DNA of 64,000 nucleotides from Octopus bimaculoides (Eukaryota), in the NCBI RefSeq assembly GCF_001194135.2, contig NC_068987.1, positions 16,106,194-16,170,193 on the forward strand. Reading direction: 5' to 3'. The notes beneath the pieces are model-generated. The model was not told where the DNA came from, searched no databases, and was given only the letters and a program-made list of their open reading frames with translations. This document shows positions 13,380-24,065 of the stretch, one piece after another. Positions within the stretch are counted from its first letter, which is position 1. Each line of letters begins with the position of its first letter. A program made the translations under genes and the position numbers.

Positions 13380-13675
13380 TACATATACATATACAGATAT
13401 ATACATGTATGTTTGTATATGTGTGGGTTACAGTGTGCATGCACGCTGCAAAAATATGTGTACGTGTGTGCATGCTTATGCAAGTCTGTGTGTGAATGTT
13501 ACAATTGATGGTCGCGATGCTGGTGGTGCTAGGCTGTAATAACAGTGCGTGTTTGCACGTCTGAATCCTGATGGGATGATTGGTGAGGCTACTAGTGTTA
13601 CATATGCATATATATATGTGTGTGTATATATAGAGAGAGATAAATAGATAGATAGATAAATAGAGAGATAGATAA

Positions 13676-13706
<31 letters not shown>

Positions 13707-14564
13707 TATTAATGGTGTGTGGTGCATGTGTGTGTGTGTGTGTGTGTGCATGTGTATATCTATTAGTCGCAGTGATGGTGGAGATGGGAGGTGAAAGTGG
13801 AAGGAGTAGGACAGAAAAATAAGTAAACATCTGCCTCCAGTATTCTAAAGTAAACAACTGTGGTGTACTTTGCGTTGGGGAGTGGTGGTGGTGGTGGTGG
13901 TGGTGGGGGTAATGGTAGAATGGGTTTGCACTGAAATGGGAACGTTTAATGCTGGTGGTGGTGGTGGTGGTGATGGCGATGCTGTTGTAGTTGTTGTTGT
14001 TGGTGGTGGTGGTGGGGCTGAGGAAATGAGAGGGTATCATAATAGGGATGNNNNNNNNNNNNNNNNNNNNNNNNNNNNNNNNNNNNNNNNNNNNNNNNNN
14101 NNNNNNNNNNNNNNNNNNNNNNNNNNNNNNNNNNNNNNNNNNNNNNNNNNNNNNNNNNNNNNNNNNNNNNNNNNNNNNNNNNNNNNNNNNNNNNNNNNNN
14201 NNNNNNNNNNNNNNNNNNNNNNNNNNNNNNNNNNNNNNNNNNNNNNNNNNNNNNNNNNNNNNNNNNNNNNNNNNNNNNNNNNNNNNNNNNNNNNNNNNNN
14301 NNNNNNNNNNNNNNNNNNNNNNNNNNNNNNNNNNNNNNNNNNNNNNNNNNNNNNNNNNNNNNNNNNNNNNNNNNNNNNNNNNNNNNNNNNNNNNNNNNNN
14401 NNNNNNNNNNNNNNNNNNNNNNNNNNNNNNNNNNNNNNNNNNNNNNNNNNNNNNNNNNNNNNNNNNNNNNNNNNNNNNNNNNNNNNNNNNNNNNNNNNNN
14501 NNNNNNNNNNNNNNNNNNNNNNNNNNNNNNNNNNNNNNNNNNNNNNNNNNNNNNNNNNNNNNNN

Positions 14565-14836
14565 CTATGAAAAATGAACCTCCACCAATTACTCTCCCTA
14601 TGTATCTGTGCACATCTTTGAATGCCATGTATGCCATAAGGTCTGCAATCTAACGGAGGCCTCAAAAGACATTTTAAGATCCACAAAGATCAGAACTTAA
14701 CTACAGCTCTTGGTGGTCCAAATCAGATATGCAATCTATGTGAGTGTCTTTTCAATACATTATCTGGTTTAAAAAGCCACATCAGACACCATGATGGATC
14801 TAAGATGTAAGTACAACAACAACAACAACAACAACA
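14565..14836 (+). pseudogene. LINE ORF2 3' end with two C2H2 zinc fingers and (CAA)n tail (RTE-like)
   Basis: FECHVCHKVC[fs]SNGGLKRHFKIH...ICNLCECLFNTLSGLKSHIRHH, stop at 14808-14810, then (CAA)n; no TGEKP linker. Confidence 0.6.
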
Positions 14837-14984
14837 ACATTCATACTTAGACAGTAACACTAGCTCTGAAATTGCATGCCGACTATTATTACCACCACCA
14901 CCACCACCATCATTACCATCACTGCGGCTGCTACCACCACCACTATCACCAACACCACCATCAAGAGTAGACAACTACCGTATA

Positions 14985-15496
14985 TACGAGGTTTGGTCAG
15001 TAAGTATCCAGACTGTTGCCATAGTAACAAAGCTAAAGCATGCAGAGTAAAGCTACTTGGCAAAGACTGACCTTGAACTCTGCTGTGCATGCACACTAAG
15101 TTTTAACATTCTAGCTCACTTCTGCTGTTTACAGCAATGCTTGGAAGGAAGGTGTGTAGCATGTGATTGTTGCATTGACAATCACAGAGAAGGTTGTCAT
15201 GGCGTTACCTGTTCAGAGGCCTACGCAAAGTTGCAGAAAGTGTATGGAGAGGAGCGTATGTGCCGCACACATGTGTACAAGTGGTTCAGGCATTTCCACG
15301 ATGGCTAAAGAAATGCTGACATTGATGAACGTTCTTGGAGACTCACAATCAGTAGAACTGAGAAAAGCATCACAGGTGTACGTGCAGCTGTGAGGGGAAA
15401 TCATTGAATCACCATCCATGAGTTATCAGAGGATGTGCAGATTAATTATGGTTTAGTTCAGTCCAACGAAAGCTTTTTGAAAACTTTGCATAGCCC
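14985..15496 (+). mobile_element. Non-autonomous mariner derivative, left part with transposase remnant
   Basis: TA + cgaggtttggtcagtaagtatcc TIR; TCSEAYAKLQKVYGEERMCRTHVYKWFRHFHDG*RNADIDERSWRL...ITIHELSEDVQINYGLVQS with two in-frame stops. Confidence 0.85.
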
Positions 15497-15735
15497 TTTG
15501 ATGTAGCAGCTGTGGGCTGGAAAAGGTCTCATGCCAAGTCCCGCACCAGATGGCTGTCCGTAATTGGGGAAGATCTCCAGAGGCTCAACATCACCTTAGA
15601 GGATGCACAGGGGCTGGCATGAGACCACCAGCAATGGAGCACACTGGTAAATCTGGTTTGCTCTGTGCATGATAACATGTCTGGGACCACTAACCTGGAT
15701 GACCCCCAGCCTCATCAAACAAGAGCATGAAGCAA
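15494..15735 (+). pseudogene. RTE LINE ORF2 C-terminal fragment
   Basis: FDVAAVGWKRSHAKSRTRWLSVIGEDLQRLNITLEDAQGLA*DHQQWSTLV (cf. WKRPRGRPRTRW...DRxxWR). Confidence 0.75.
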
Positions 15736-15938
15736 ACACGCACACACACATTGTAACTATTTGTGTCAGAATACATGCATAAAACAAAACATACAAATCT
15801 GTACATATACATACAGACAAAAATACTCTGTTGATATTGAAATTCCAATGATGGAGCCTTGGATCTAGATTAGAAACCAGTCTTTCTCTACTAGCCAGAA
15901 ATCTTGAAATAAAATTGAATAGTGATACACGTACATAC

Positions 15939-16390
15939 ATCATCATCGTTTAACGTGCGTTTTCTATGCTGGAATGGGTTGGACGGTCTGACTGGAGATT
16001 GGCAAGCCAAGAGGCTGCACCAGGCTCCAATCTGATCTGGAAATGTTTCTACAGCTGGATGCCCTTCCTAATGCCAACCACTCCGAGACTGTAGGGGGTG
16101 TTTTTATGTACCACTGGCACGGGAATCAGTCAGGCAGCACTGGCATCGGCCACGCTTGAACGGTGCTTTTTACCATGCCACTGGCATCAGTCATGCTTCA
16201 ATGGTGTTTTTACATGCCACTGGCACAGGTGGCACTGGCATTGGCCACACTCGAATGGTGCTTTTTACATGCACTGGCATCAACCACACTTGAATAGTGC
16301 TTTTTACGTGACCACTGGCACAGGTGACAGTCAGGTGGCACTAGCATTGGCCACACTCGAATGGTGCTTTTTACATGCCACTGGCATGGC
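15939..16390 (-). mobile_element. RTE 3'UTR (F2) with about 5 units of a ~60-nt tandem array
   Basis: (ATC)n tail at 15939; repeated ccactggca...ggtgctttttac units at 16100-16390. Confidence 0.8.
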
Positions 16391-16679
16391 TGCTAGTCAG
16401 AGCTTGTAAATGAATTTGGTAAGACAGCAACTATAATTCAAATACCCCAACAATATCACATATTGTGTCACGTTGATTCAGTCTGAGAATTTATGTTGGA
16501 AGGCAAGACATCTATATGATATACTCAGCTGTTTACACATTAATTTCACAACTAGGAATTCAGTTGTCAGAACAAGTCAATTCTCATCACCATCAGGCAG
16601 AACAACTGGAGACTGGCAAGCCAAGAGGCTGCACCAGGCTCCAATCTGATCTGTGCTATTATTGATGGCTAATAGAGAA

Positions 16680-18430
16680 GATAGTGGTGATGTTGATAGT
16701 GGTGGAGGTGATGCTAGTGGTGGAGGTGATGCTGGTGGTGGTGGTGGTGGTGGTGATGGTAGTGGAGCTGGTAGTGATGGCGGTGATGGTGATGGAATTC
16801 ATCATCTGTGTCCTTCCTATTTTCAAGACAGCAAAGTGTAATTCGAGAGAGGTGGTTGCTGTTTCCGGCATGTCATTCGACTGGGTAGAGTCTTATTGAT
16901 TTTGTTGTTTAGTGTCATGTTAGTCACAATCAAGCAGATCTGTGATCAAGGATATTCTAATCATGCCCATCCCATCGCATCCCAGTCTTTTCCCTATGTG
17001 AACAGAATTCAGAAACACATGGTTCAGCGTGTTCTTTACTACTATGGCAGTACTGAGGTGATTTGAGGGAAATTTGGTTGCTATTTCTAGCATTTTGAGC
17101 GACCACATACAAGATTGTCATTGGTATTGGTGGTGTTGGTGATAATGATGGTAGTAGTGTTGGTGGTAGTAGTGTTGGTGGTAGTAGTGTTGGTGGTAGT
17201 AGTGTTGGTAGTAGTGGCAGTGACAGAGGTGGATGGTGATGGAGGCAGTNNNNNNNNNNNNNNNNNNNNNNNNNNNNNNNNNNNNNNNNNNNNNNNNNNN
17301 NNNNNNNNNNNNNNNNNNNNNNNNNNNNNNNNNNNNNNNNGTGATGGTGGTGGTAATGGTGGTGGTGGTGGTGTGGTTGGTGGTTCTGGTGATGATGGTG
17401 GTGGTGGTAGTGCTGTTGTTGTTGTTGTTGGTGGTAGTGATGGTGGTGTGGTGATGGTGATGATGATGGTGGTGGTGGTAGAGCTGTTGTTGGTGGTGGT
17501 GGTGGTGGCGATGATGGTGACGGCAGTGTTGGTGGTAGTGGCGGTAGTGCTAACGGTAAAAGTGGCGGCGTTGGTGTTGGTGGCGTGGGCGATGGTGGCA
17601 GTGGTGGTTAATACGGTGTTGGGGTGGGTTCTTGGAATTAATGTTTGTTTTCACAACAGTATGACGCAATAGAAACTTAATGTGATCTGTTAGTATAAGC
17701 CTGATGGGATGTAGGTGGCTGTGGCGATGATGCTGTTCGTAGTGCAGATGATGGCGTTGGTGGTAGGAGTAACAATGGAGTCGGTGATGGCGATGAAGAC
17801 GGCAGGCAGTGATGCTGTTGATGGAGGAGACGATGGCATTGTTAGTGATGGCTGATAGCGAAGCTGGTGATGATGTTGATGGTGGAGATGAGGATGATAG
17901 GGACGATGATGGTGGTGGAGGTGATGCTGGTGGAGGTGGAGGTGGTGGAGGAAGTGGTGGTGGTGGTGGTGGTGGTAGTGGAGCTGGTGGTGATGGTGGT
18001 GGTGATGATAATAGCAGTGATGGTGCTGGTAGAAGTGGTGTTGATAGTGGAAACTATAATGATGGTGGTGGTGGTGATCGTTGTGATGCTGGGAATGATG
18101 AAGATGATGGTGATGATGATAATGATGATGATGGGGATGAGAGTGGGGATGATGGCGGCGATAGGGCTTGTACAAGTGATGGTGATGGAGATGATGTAGA
18201 CAATAGTAGTGATGGTGTTGGCGACAATGATGATGATGATGATGATGATGGCGGGAATAGTGTTGTTAGAGAAGACAGTTTTGGTTGAGGCGGTGTTGGA
18301 GATAATGGTCGTTGTGGTGCTGTCTATAACGGAGATGTTGGCGACAGTGGTGGAGTTAATGGTGGTGACGATGGGGTGGTGGAGTGATTTTAGTGCATGT
18401 GTGTGGGTGGAGGTAATGCCAATAACATGA
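16680..18430. repeat. Cryptic (GGT)n/(GAT)n/(GTA)n trinucleotide field
   Basis: About 1.7 kb of degenerate trinucleotide repeats with short unique interruptions and one gap. Confidence 0.9.
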
Positions 18431-18555
18431 AAATATAAATACAAATATGAAAAAAAAAATTGTAAAAATAACAAACAAAGCTGGTGGTGTTGGAAAGTGA
18501 TACAGAAGTTTGATCTCTGTCCACTAGGTGGCGGTGTGATCACTGTTGTAACATG

Positions 18556-18557
<2 letters not shown>

Positions 18558-18648
<91 letters not shown>
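18558..18648. repeat. (GA)n microsatellite
   Basis: Seen directly. Confidence 0.95.
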
Positions 18649-19601
18649 GAGTGTGTTCAGAGAAATATCACAGTTGATGGAGGAAACAGATGTCACAGTA
18701 GTAATAGTTTTGCATCCTTCTGATGATCGTCAACTGAACTGTTGTAGAATTTGAAGGAAAAGTGTGTGTTTATGTGTGTGTATGTCTGTCTGTATGTTTG
18801 TGTGTGTGTGTCTGTGTGTGTGAGTGAGAGAGAGAGATGAGGTATCTAGTGTTAACAGTATCTTATTTTATTTTTGATGCATATGTCTCTCTTCTATGTG
18901 TTGTACACATGTGCAGGATAAAGTTGTTAGAGTATTGGACAGACTGTTCCCCTGTATTTGTTCTGACCATCACCACTGACTTTTTATTTCCACTCCCTTC
19001 TCCTATAAGACTACATCTTTCTTTCCACAGGCCACCCAACTGATCCACGGTGCTTGGTGCCGATAGAATAAGTACTAGGCTTACAAAGAATAGGTCATGG
19101 GGTTGATTTTCTCGACTAAAGGCGGTGCTCCAGCATGGCCGCAGTCAAAAGACTGAAATAAGTGAAAGAGAGTAAAAGAGTAAAGAGTATGTGTTTTATC
19201 ATGCGGCTCTTTCCCACTTTGAAATGGTATGATGCAGCGCCCAGTTGACGAAAAGTTGCCCATCCCTAGTTTAAAGGTTAAAACAAGGATGCTTTCCTTT
19301 ACAACCTTGCAACCAAGTCGGCTAGTCAAAATTTATTTTAAATCAAAAAGAGAAAGATAGCACATACATACAGAATACATACATACATACACACACACAT
19401 ACACACAGACATGCACATCCATACATACACACACATAAACACAGACATGTACGAAATCTATTTAAATTTTAATTTCTTTTATTTGCCTTCTGTTCCGAAG
19501 ACAATTCTGCTTATATTTTGTAAATACACCTAACTCCAAGAAAAACAAAGTCCTGTTTATTTTNNNNNNNNNNNNNNNNNNNNNNNNNNNNNNNNNNNNN
19601 N

Positions 19602-19639
<38 letters not shown>

Positions 19640-19969
19640 TAAATGAGTATATGCATATATACATACATGTACGTACATATTGACATCTACCTGTATATAT
19701 AGATGCATATCTGGGTACAGGACGTTGCAAACAAATCGTAGACAAAAAAAATAATAAACGGAGTACAGAAAACACACAGGCCACATAGAGAACATTTTCC
19801 TTCATCAGCTGCCACCATTCTAACAGTGGCGTTTCGAAGAGTTAGGGCAGGATGCATCGTTAAAATGGCTCTTCCCACAGACCACAAATTAAATTTGTAC
19901 CATGGAGGAATGTAGTGGCGGACAGAAAACAAGACAGGCAAACAAACAAGAAAGGCTATACGGCCATAC

Positions 19970-20113
19970 GTCGTCGTCGTTTAATGTCCGCATTCCATGC
20001 TAGCATGGGTTGGACGATTTGACTGAGGACTGGTGAAACCAGATGGCTACACCAGGCTCCAATCTGATTTGGCAGAGTTTCTACAGCTGGATGCCCTTCC
20101 TAACGCCAACCAC
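19970..20113 (-). mobile_element. RTE 3'UTR end (F2)
   Basis: Near-identical to 21157-21300. Confidence 0.85.
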
Positions 20114-20240
20114 GTGAAAGAATATGTGTATACTGAACGCTAATTTGTTACCTTGATTTGTTTATTATTCAGGTGGTCCTACATAACCATTATTTTGCTT
20201 CACGTTGTTCTAAATTATCATGTCTATGATTCCTGATTAC

Positions 20241-20460
20241 CCATTTATATTTTTGAATAACCACGCTATGTTGGAAAAATATATTTGTTTGCATTTTTCA
20301 GAGCAAGGAAAGTTAATATCTTTCGAAACATTGTCAGCTGAGCAGTCAGGTAAGTTATGTTCTTGATGAGCCTTAAGAAATGTAAAACTAGTCAGCTGAT
20401 TCTCACTCTCATCTGCTGAGCTCATGTTGTCTATCAACAGGTTATATTTCGATAACGAGA
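20241..20460 (-). CDS. Candidate coding exon (SLSKYNLLIDNMSSADESENQLTSFTFLKAHQEHNLPDCSADNVSKDINFPCSEKCKQIYFSNIAWLFKNING)
   Basis: 73 open codons in non-repeat DNA; acceptor cttatag, donor gg/gtaatc. A competing 48-nt plus-strand exon (20302-20349) has better splice sites. Confidence 0.3.
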
Positions 20461-20611
20461 CTATAAGTTTATTAATAGATTATATGTAACTTCCGTATGC
20501 ACCACACGAATACATGCACTTATACATATAGGGCTTTTCAACTCAGCATTTACATGCAATTATTTATAGTTTTATGTGTGTGCTCTGAGATATTTCCAAA
20601 AAGAATTCTAC

Positions 20612-20644
<33 letters not shown>

Positions 20645-21124
20645 NNNNNNNNNNNNNNNNNNNNNNNNNNNNNNNNNNNNNNNNNNNNNNNNNNNNNNNN
20701 NNNNNNNNNNNNNNNNNNNNNNNNNNNNNNNNNNNNNNNNNNNNNNNNNNNNNNNNNNNNNNNNNNNNNNNNNNNNNNNNNNNNNNNNNNNNNNNNNNNN
20801 NNNNNNNNNNNNNNNNNNNNNNNNNNNNNNNNNNNNNNNNNNNNNNNNNNNNNNNNNNNNNNNNNNNNNNNNNNNNNNNNNNNNNNNNNNNNNNNNNNNN
20901 NNNNNNNNNNNNNNNNNNNNNNNNNNNNNNNNNNNNNNNNNNNNNNNNNNNNNNNNNNNNNNNNNNNNNNNNNNNNNNNNNNNNNNNNNNNNNNNNNNNN
21001 NNNNNNNNNNNNNNNNNNNNNNNNNNNNNNNNNNNNNNNNNNNNNNNNNNNNNNNNNNNNNNNNNNNNNNNNNNNNNNNNNNNNNNNNNNNNNNNNNNNN
21101 NNNNNNNNNNNNNNNNNNNNNNNN

Positions 21125-21156
<32 letters not shown>

Positions 21157-21159
<3 letters not shown>

Positions 21160-21300
21160 TCATCATCATCATCATCGTTTAACGTCCGCTTTACATGCTA
21201 GCATGGGTTGGACGATTTGACTGAGGACTGGTGAAACCGGATGGCAACACCAAGCTCCAATCTAATTTGGCAGAGTTTCTACAGCTGGATGCCCTTCCTA
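21157..21300 (-). mobile_element. RTE 3'UTR end (F2)
   Basis: (ATC)n tail and F2 core. Confidence 0.85.
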
Positions 21301-21469
21301 TATATATATATGTATATATATAATTAATAATTAAGGGTGCTACAAGCAGCACCAGCATGCTAAAAATAGCAGCCAGAAGACGACGACAACCACAAATTTT
21401 CACTGATGCACATTGATTGCATAGCACTTGATATTAGTGTAAACAATAATATACTTATATATATGTATA

Positions 21470-21675
21470 TCATCATCATCATCGTTTAACGTCCACTTTC
21501 CATGCTAGCATGGGTTGGATGATTTGACTGAGGACTAGCAAGCCAGAAGGCTGCACCAGGCTCCAATCTGATCTGGCAGAATTTCTACAGCTGGATGCCC
21601 TTCCTAACGCCAACCACTCTGAGAGTGTAGTGGGTGCTTTTATGTTCCACCAGCACGAGGGCCAGTCACACGGTA
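21470..21675 (-). mobile_element. RTE 3'UTR end (F2)
   Basis: (ATC)n tail, F2 core, start of array unit. Confidence 0.85.
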
Positions 21676-21853
21676 CTATATATATATATATATAACAGGT
21701 AATGTTAATCACCACATCAAAGCGGCTGTTCCATGTTACTACTAGTTTAACCCCAGGCAGATCTTCCGCCATCTGGTTATCAGTGCAGTGCTGCACCCTA
21801 TATATTGCTAGTAGGGAGAGCAAATCTCTATTATCCTCTAGCAGACAACAGGA

Positions 21854-21902
21854 TCATGAGACTGATTCAGTTTCAAGGTGGTTGGTTCATCCTCAGTCGT
21901 GA
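21854..21902 (-). ncRNA. Type I hammerhead ribozyme motif (C3-G8), helix II decayed
   Basis: tcacga CTGAGGA t gaac caacca cctt GAAA ctgaatcag TC tcatga; GUC site; palindromic helix III actga-a-tcagt. Confidence 0.7.
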
Positions 21903-22100
21903 GCACCTGGCTACCAGAGCGATATCCAGGATCTGCTCCAGCCAGCATTATATTGTGAACAAAGAGACCATCAGTCACTGATTTGCAACAAGCAAAATAG
22001 CTATTTGTAAAATCTCAAGAAAAGATCAGAGTAATAACTATACTAATGAGTAAAGCTAATTGCCACATCAAAGTGGCTGTTCCATGTTACTATTAGATGT

Positions 22101-22149
22101 TCATGATTGAGAATGAGCGAACCAGCTTGAAATTGAGTCAGTCTCATTA
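22101..22149 (+). ncRNA. Type I hammerhead ribozyme motif, U3-A8 variant
   Basis: tcatga TTGAGAA t gagc gaacca gctt GAAA ttgagtcag TC tcatta. Confidence 0.6.
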
Positions 22150-23139
22150 TCCTGTTGCTTGCTAGAGGATGGTAGGAGTTCACTCCCCCTGCTAGTAATA
22201 TATAGGGTGCAGCACTGCACCGATAACCAGTTGGCAGAAGATCTGCCTCGTGTTAAACTAAGCATTTTGCCTGGTGTGCTTACAATTATTCCAACTCACC
22301 ACCTCAAAGCCAGAAGAAATACTGCTAAACATTTTGTCTGGCATCAAACGATCCAGCTAGCTCGCCACCCTGACAGACAGATTGCTAATACTCAATATAT
22401 TTATTGGATCAATTAATATCAAGAAATAAAAAAGACATCAAACATATTAACATAAGAATGGCTCAGATAAAAACTAAGAAAAAGAGATATTGAAGTATTG
22501 AAGAACCACATTACATTGAAAACATCTTCACTTCTGGTTTGTGAAAAATAAATTGGCTTCATTTTTGATATCTCAACATCAAAAACAATTTTCTTTTAAT
22601 GTCAGAGCAACTTAGATGCTGTCTTTGGAGTCTAACGGATTTGTTCTTTGTTTTTAAAATAACAAGGGTTATTATGGGGAAATAAGACAGTTGACAACAA
22701 TTAATATGGATCAATTTCTAAGTTCACAGGCATTAGTATGGAGAAATAAAAAACGTACTGACATAAATAAAATTGATAATAAAAAAAAAGATTAAAAAAC
22801 TGAAGAATTTCGTTCAAAACAACTCTACTAAAAATTATTGGAAAAAAACCCCCCTCAAAAACTTTGTTATTTCATTTTTGAAAAAGTCATTTCTAACATC
22901 ATGGTGATGATAATGATGATGAAGACAATAAAAAAACAGCCGTCATCCACAAACAAGTATGACTTGGTATCATGTACCATGGAGTCAGTAATGTTTTAGG
23001 TAACTTTTGTAGTTGTGAGTGGATATAAACACTCTCTTGACTCTCGGTCAATAACTGATGAAGAATTAGGGTTCTTCTGTGTTTGTCCTATGCTTATGTT
23101 TTTTAGTATTTAATGCATTTTTCATTTATTATATATATA

Positions 23140-23344
23140 TTACGGAGATGTACTTGCATAGCAAGTGACCTGATCTGAGATCGTGTGCTGGAACGAAAAC
23201 AATTGCAGCGTGGAAGGTGTTTATAAGCCATTTAGAATAACACACAAAAACCGTCAGATTCACTTCAACATTTAAATTTAATTTGTCAAAATATTTTCGT
23301 CGCTTTCAGACCGCGACCTGTTCACTGACAAAATTGTGCTGCAA
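23140..23344 (-). mobile_element. Young ~200-nt repeat inserted in (TA)n, Penelope-like pLTR candidate carrying a hammerhead
   Basis: (TA)n on both sides, CpGs intact, hammerhead motif near its 5' end; PLE assignment is inferred from the known PLE-hammerhead association. Confidence 0.6.
23282..23332 (-). ncRNA. Minimal type I hammerhead ribozyme, G3-C8 variant
   Basis: tttgtca GTGAACA g gtcgc ggtctgaaa gcgac GAAA atat T T tgacaaa; perfect 7-bp helix I, 5-bp helix II, palindromic helix III AATATT. Confidence 0.75.
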
Positions 23345-24065
23345 TATATATATATATATATGATGAGTTTTCACACAGTTTCTATCAAATTTACTCACAA
23401 AGAATTGGTCTGCTTAGGGCTATAGTAGAAGACATTTGCTCAAGATGTCACAGTGGAACTGAACCTGATACCATGTGGTTAAAAAGCATGCTTATTAACC
23501 ACACAGTCATGACTACACCTTTATGTGTGTGTGTGTGTGTATACATACATATGTGTATGCATATATATATAAAAGTAAAATTTATTACTTAATTTATTCT
23601 AATATGTGCAAAACAAAAACAAATTGAAAATAAAACTAACAAAATATGTACATAGAAGTTCAGCATAATGTATATTCATGCAAAAAAATTATTTTACACA
23701 CTATTCATAAACAAATTTAAATTATAAAATGTAAAAATTAACTTGTTTTGAAACTTGTTTTTAAATAGCTGTCAGACTGGATGAAGTCTTTTCACGAAAT
23801 GTTTGTTACACTAGACAAGTCTGGGTATTTATTTTTAATTAATTACACTAATTGTGTGAAAAAAAACATTATGAATTTCTGCTTTTATGTTTCCATCTCT
23901 CAATTAATAGTTCTGGGGTTACGAAGGAAAAATGTTTTACTTGGCAGTTTTTCTTTCAGAAAATGCTCAGTTCATTTTATTTAGGAAAAAACACAAATTT
24001 ATGATGTAGTAAAATATATAGCTGATGTAATCCTGTATAGTAATCTAAGATAGCAATCATTTGAA

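Larger units (their letters stand above)
21712..22260. mobile_element. Retrozyme-like repeat R2: ~1.1 units of 351 nt on the minus strand plus an inverted partial unit on the plus strand
   Basis: 35-nt segment repeats at 21712 and 22063 (period 351); 21743-21905 is the reverse complement of 22098-22260; each arm contains a hammerhead motif. Confidence 0.7.

Noticed and set aside
13102-14686. Long ORFs of 200-511 aa (also at 6381, 20497, 38791, 49137)
   Set aside because: They run through N-gaps and microsatellites; X residues hide stops.
16100-16390. Regular ~60-nt repeats suggesting a CRISPR array (also 59700-60010)
   Set aside because: Units are wholly homologous with no unique spacers, there are no cas genes, the context is eukaryotic, and they belong to the RTE 3'UTR.
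19795-19845. Minus-strand GAAAC...CTGATGA as a possible type II hammerhead
   Set aside because: Helices I and III cannot both form from the 23 intervening nucleotides.
20023-20039. CTGAGGA-ctggt-GAAAC in F2 copies looks like a hammerhead core
   Set aside because: Only 5 nt lie between the core halves, so no helix II can form; no helix I or III partners; it is antisense to the LINE.
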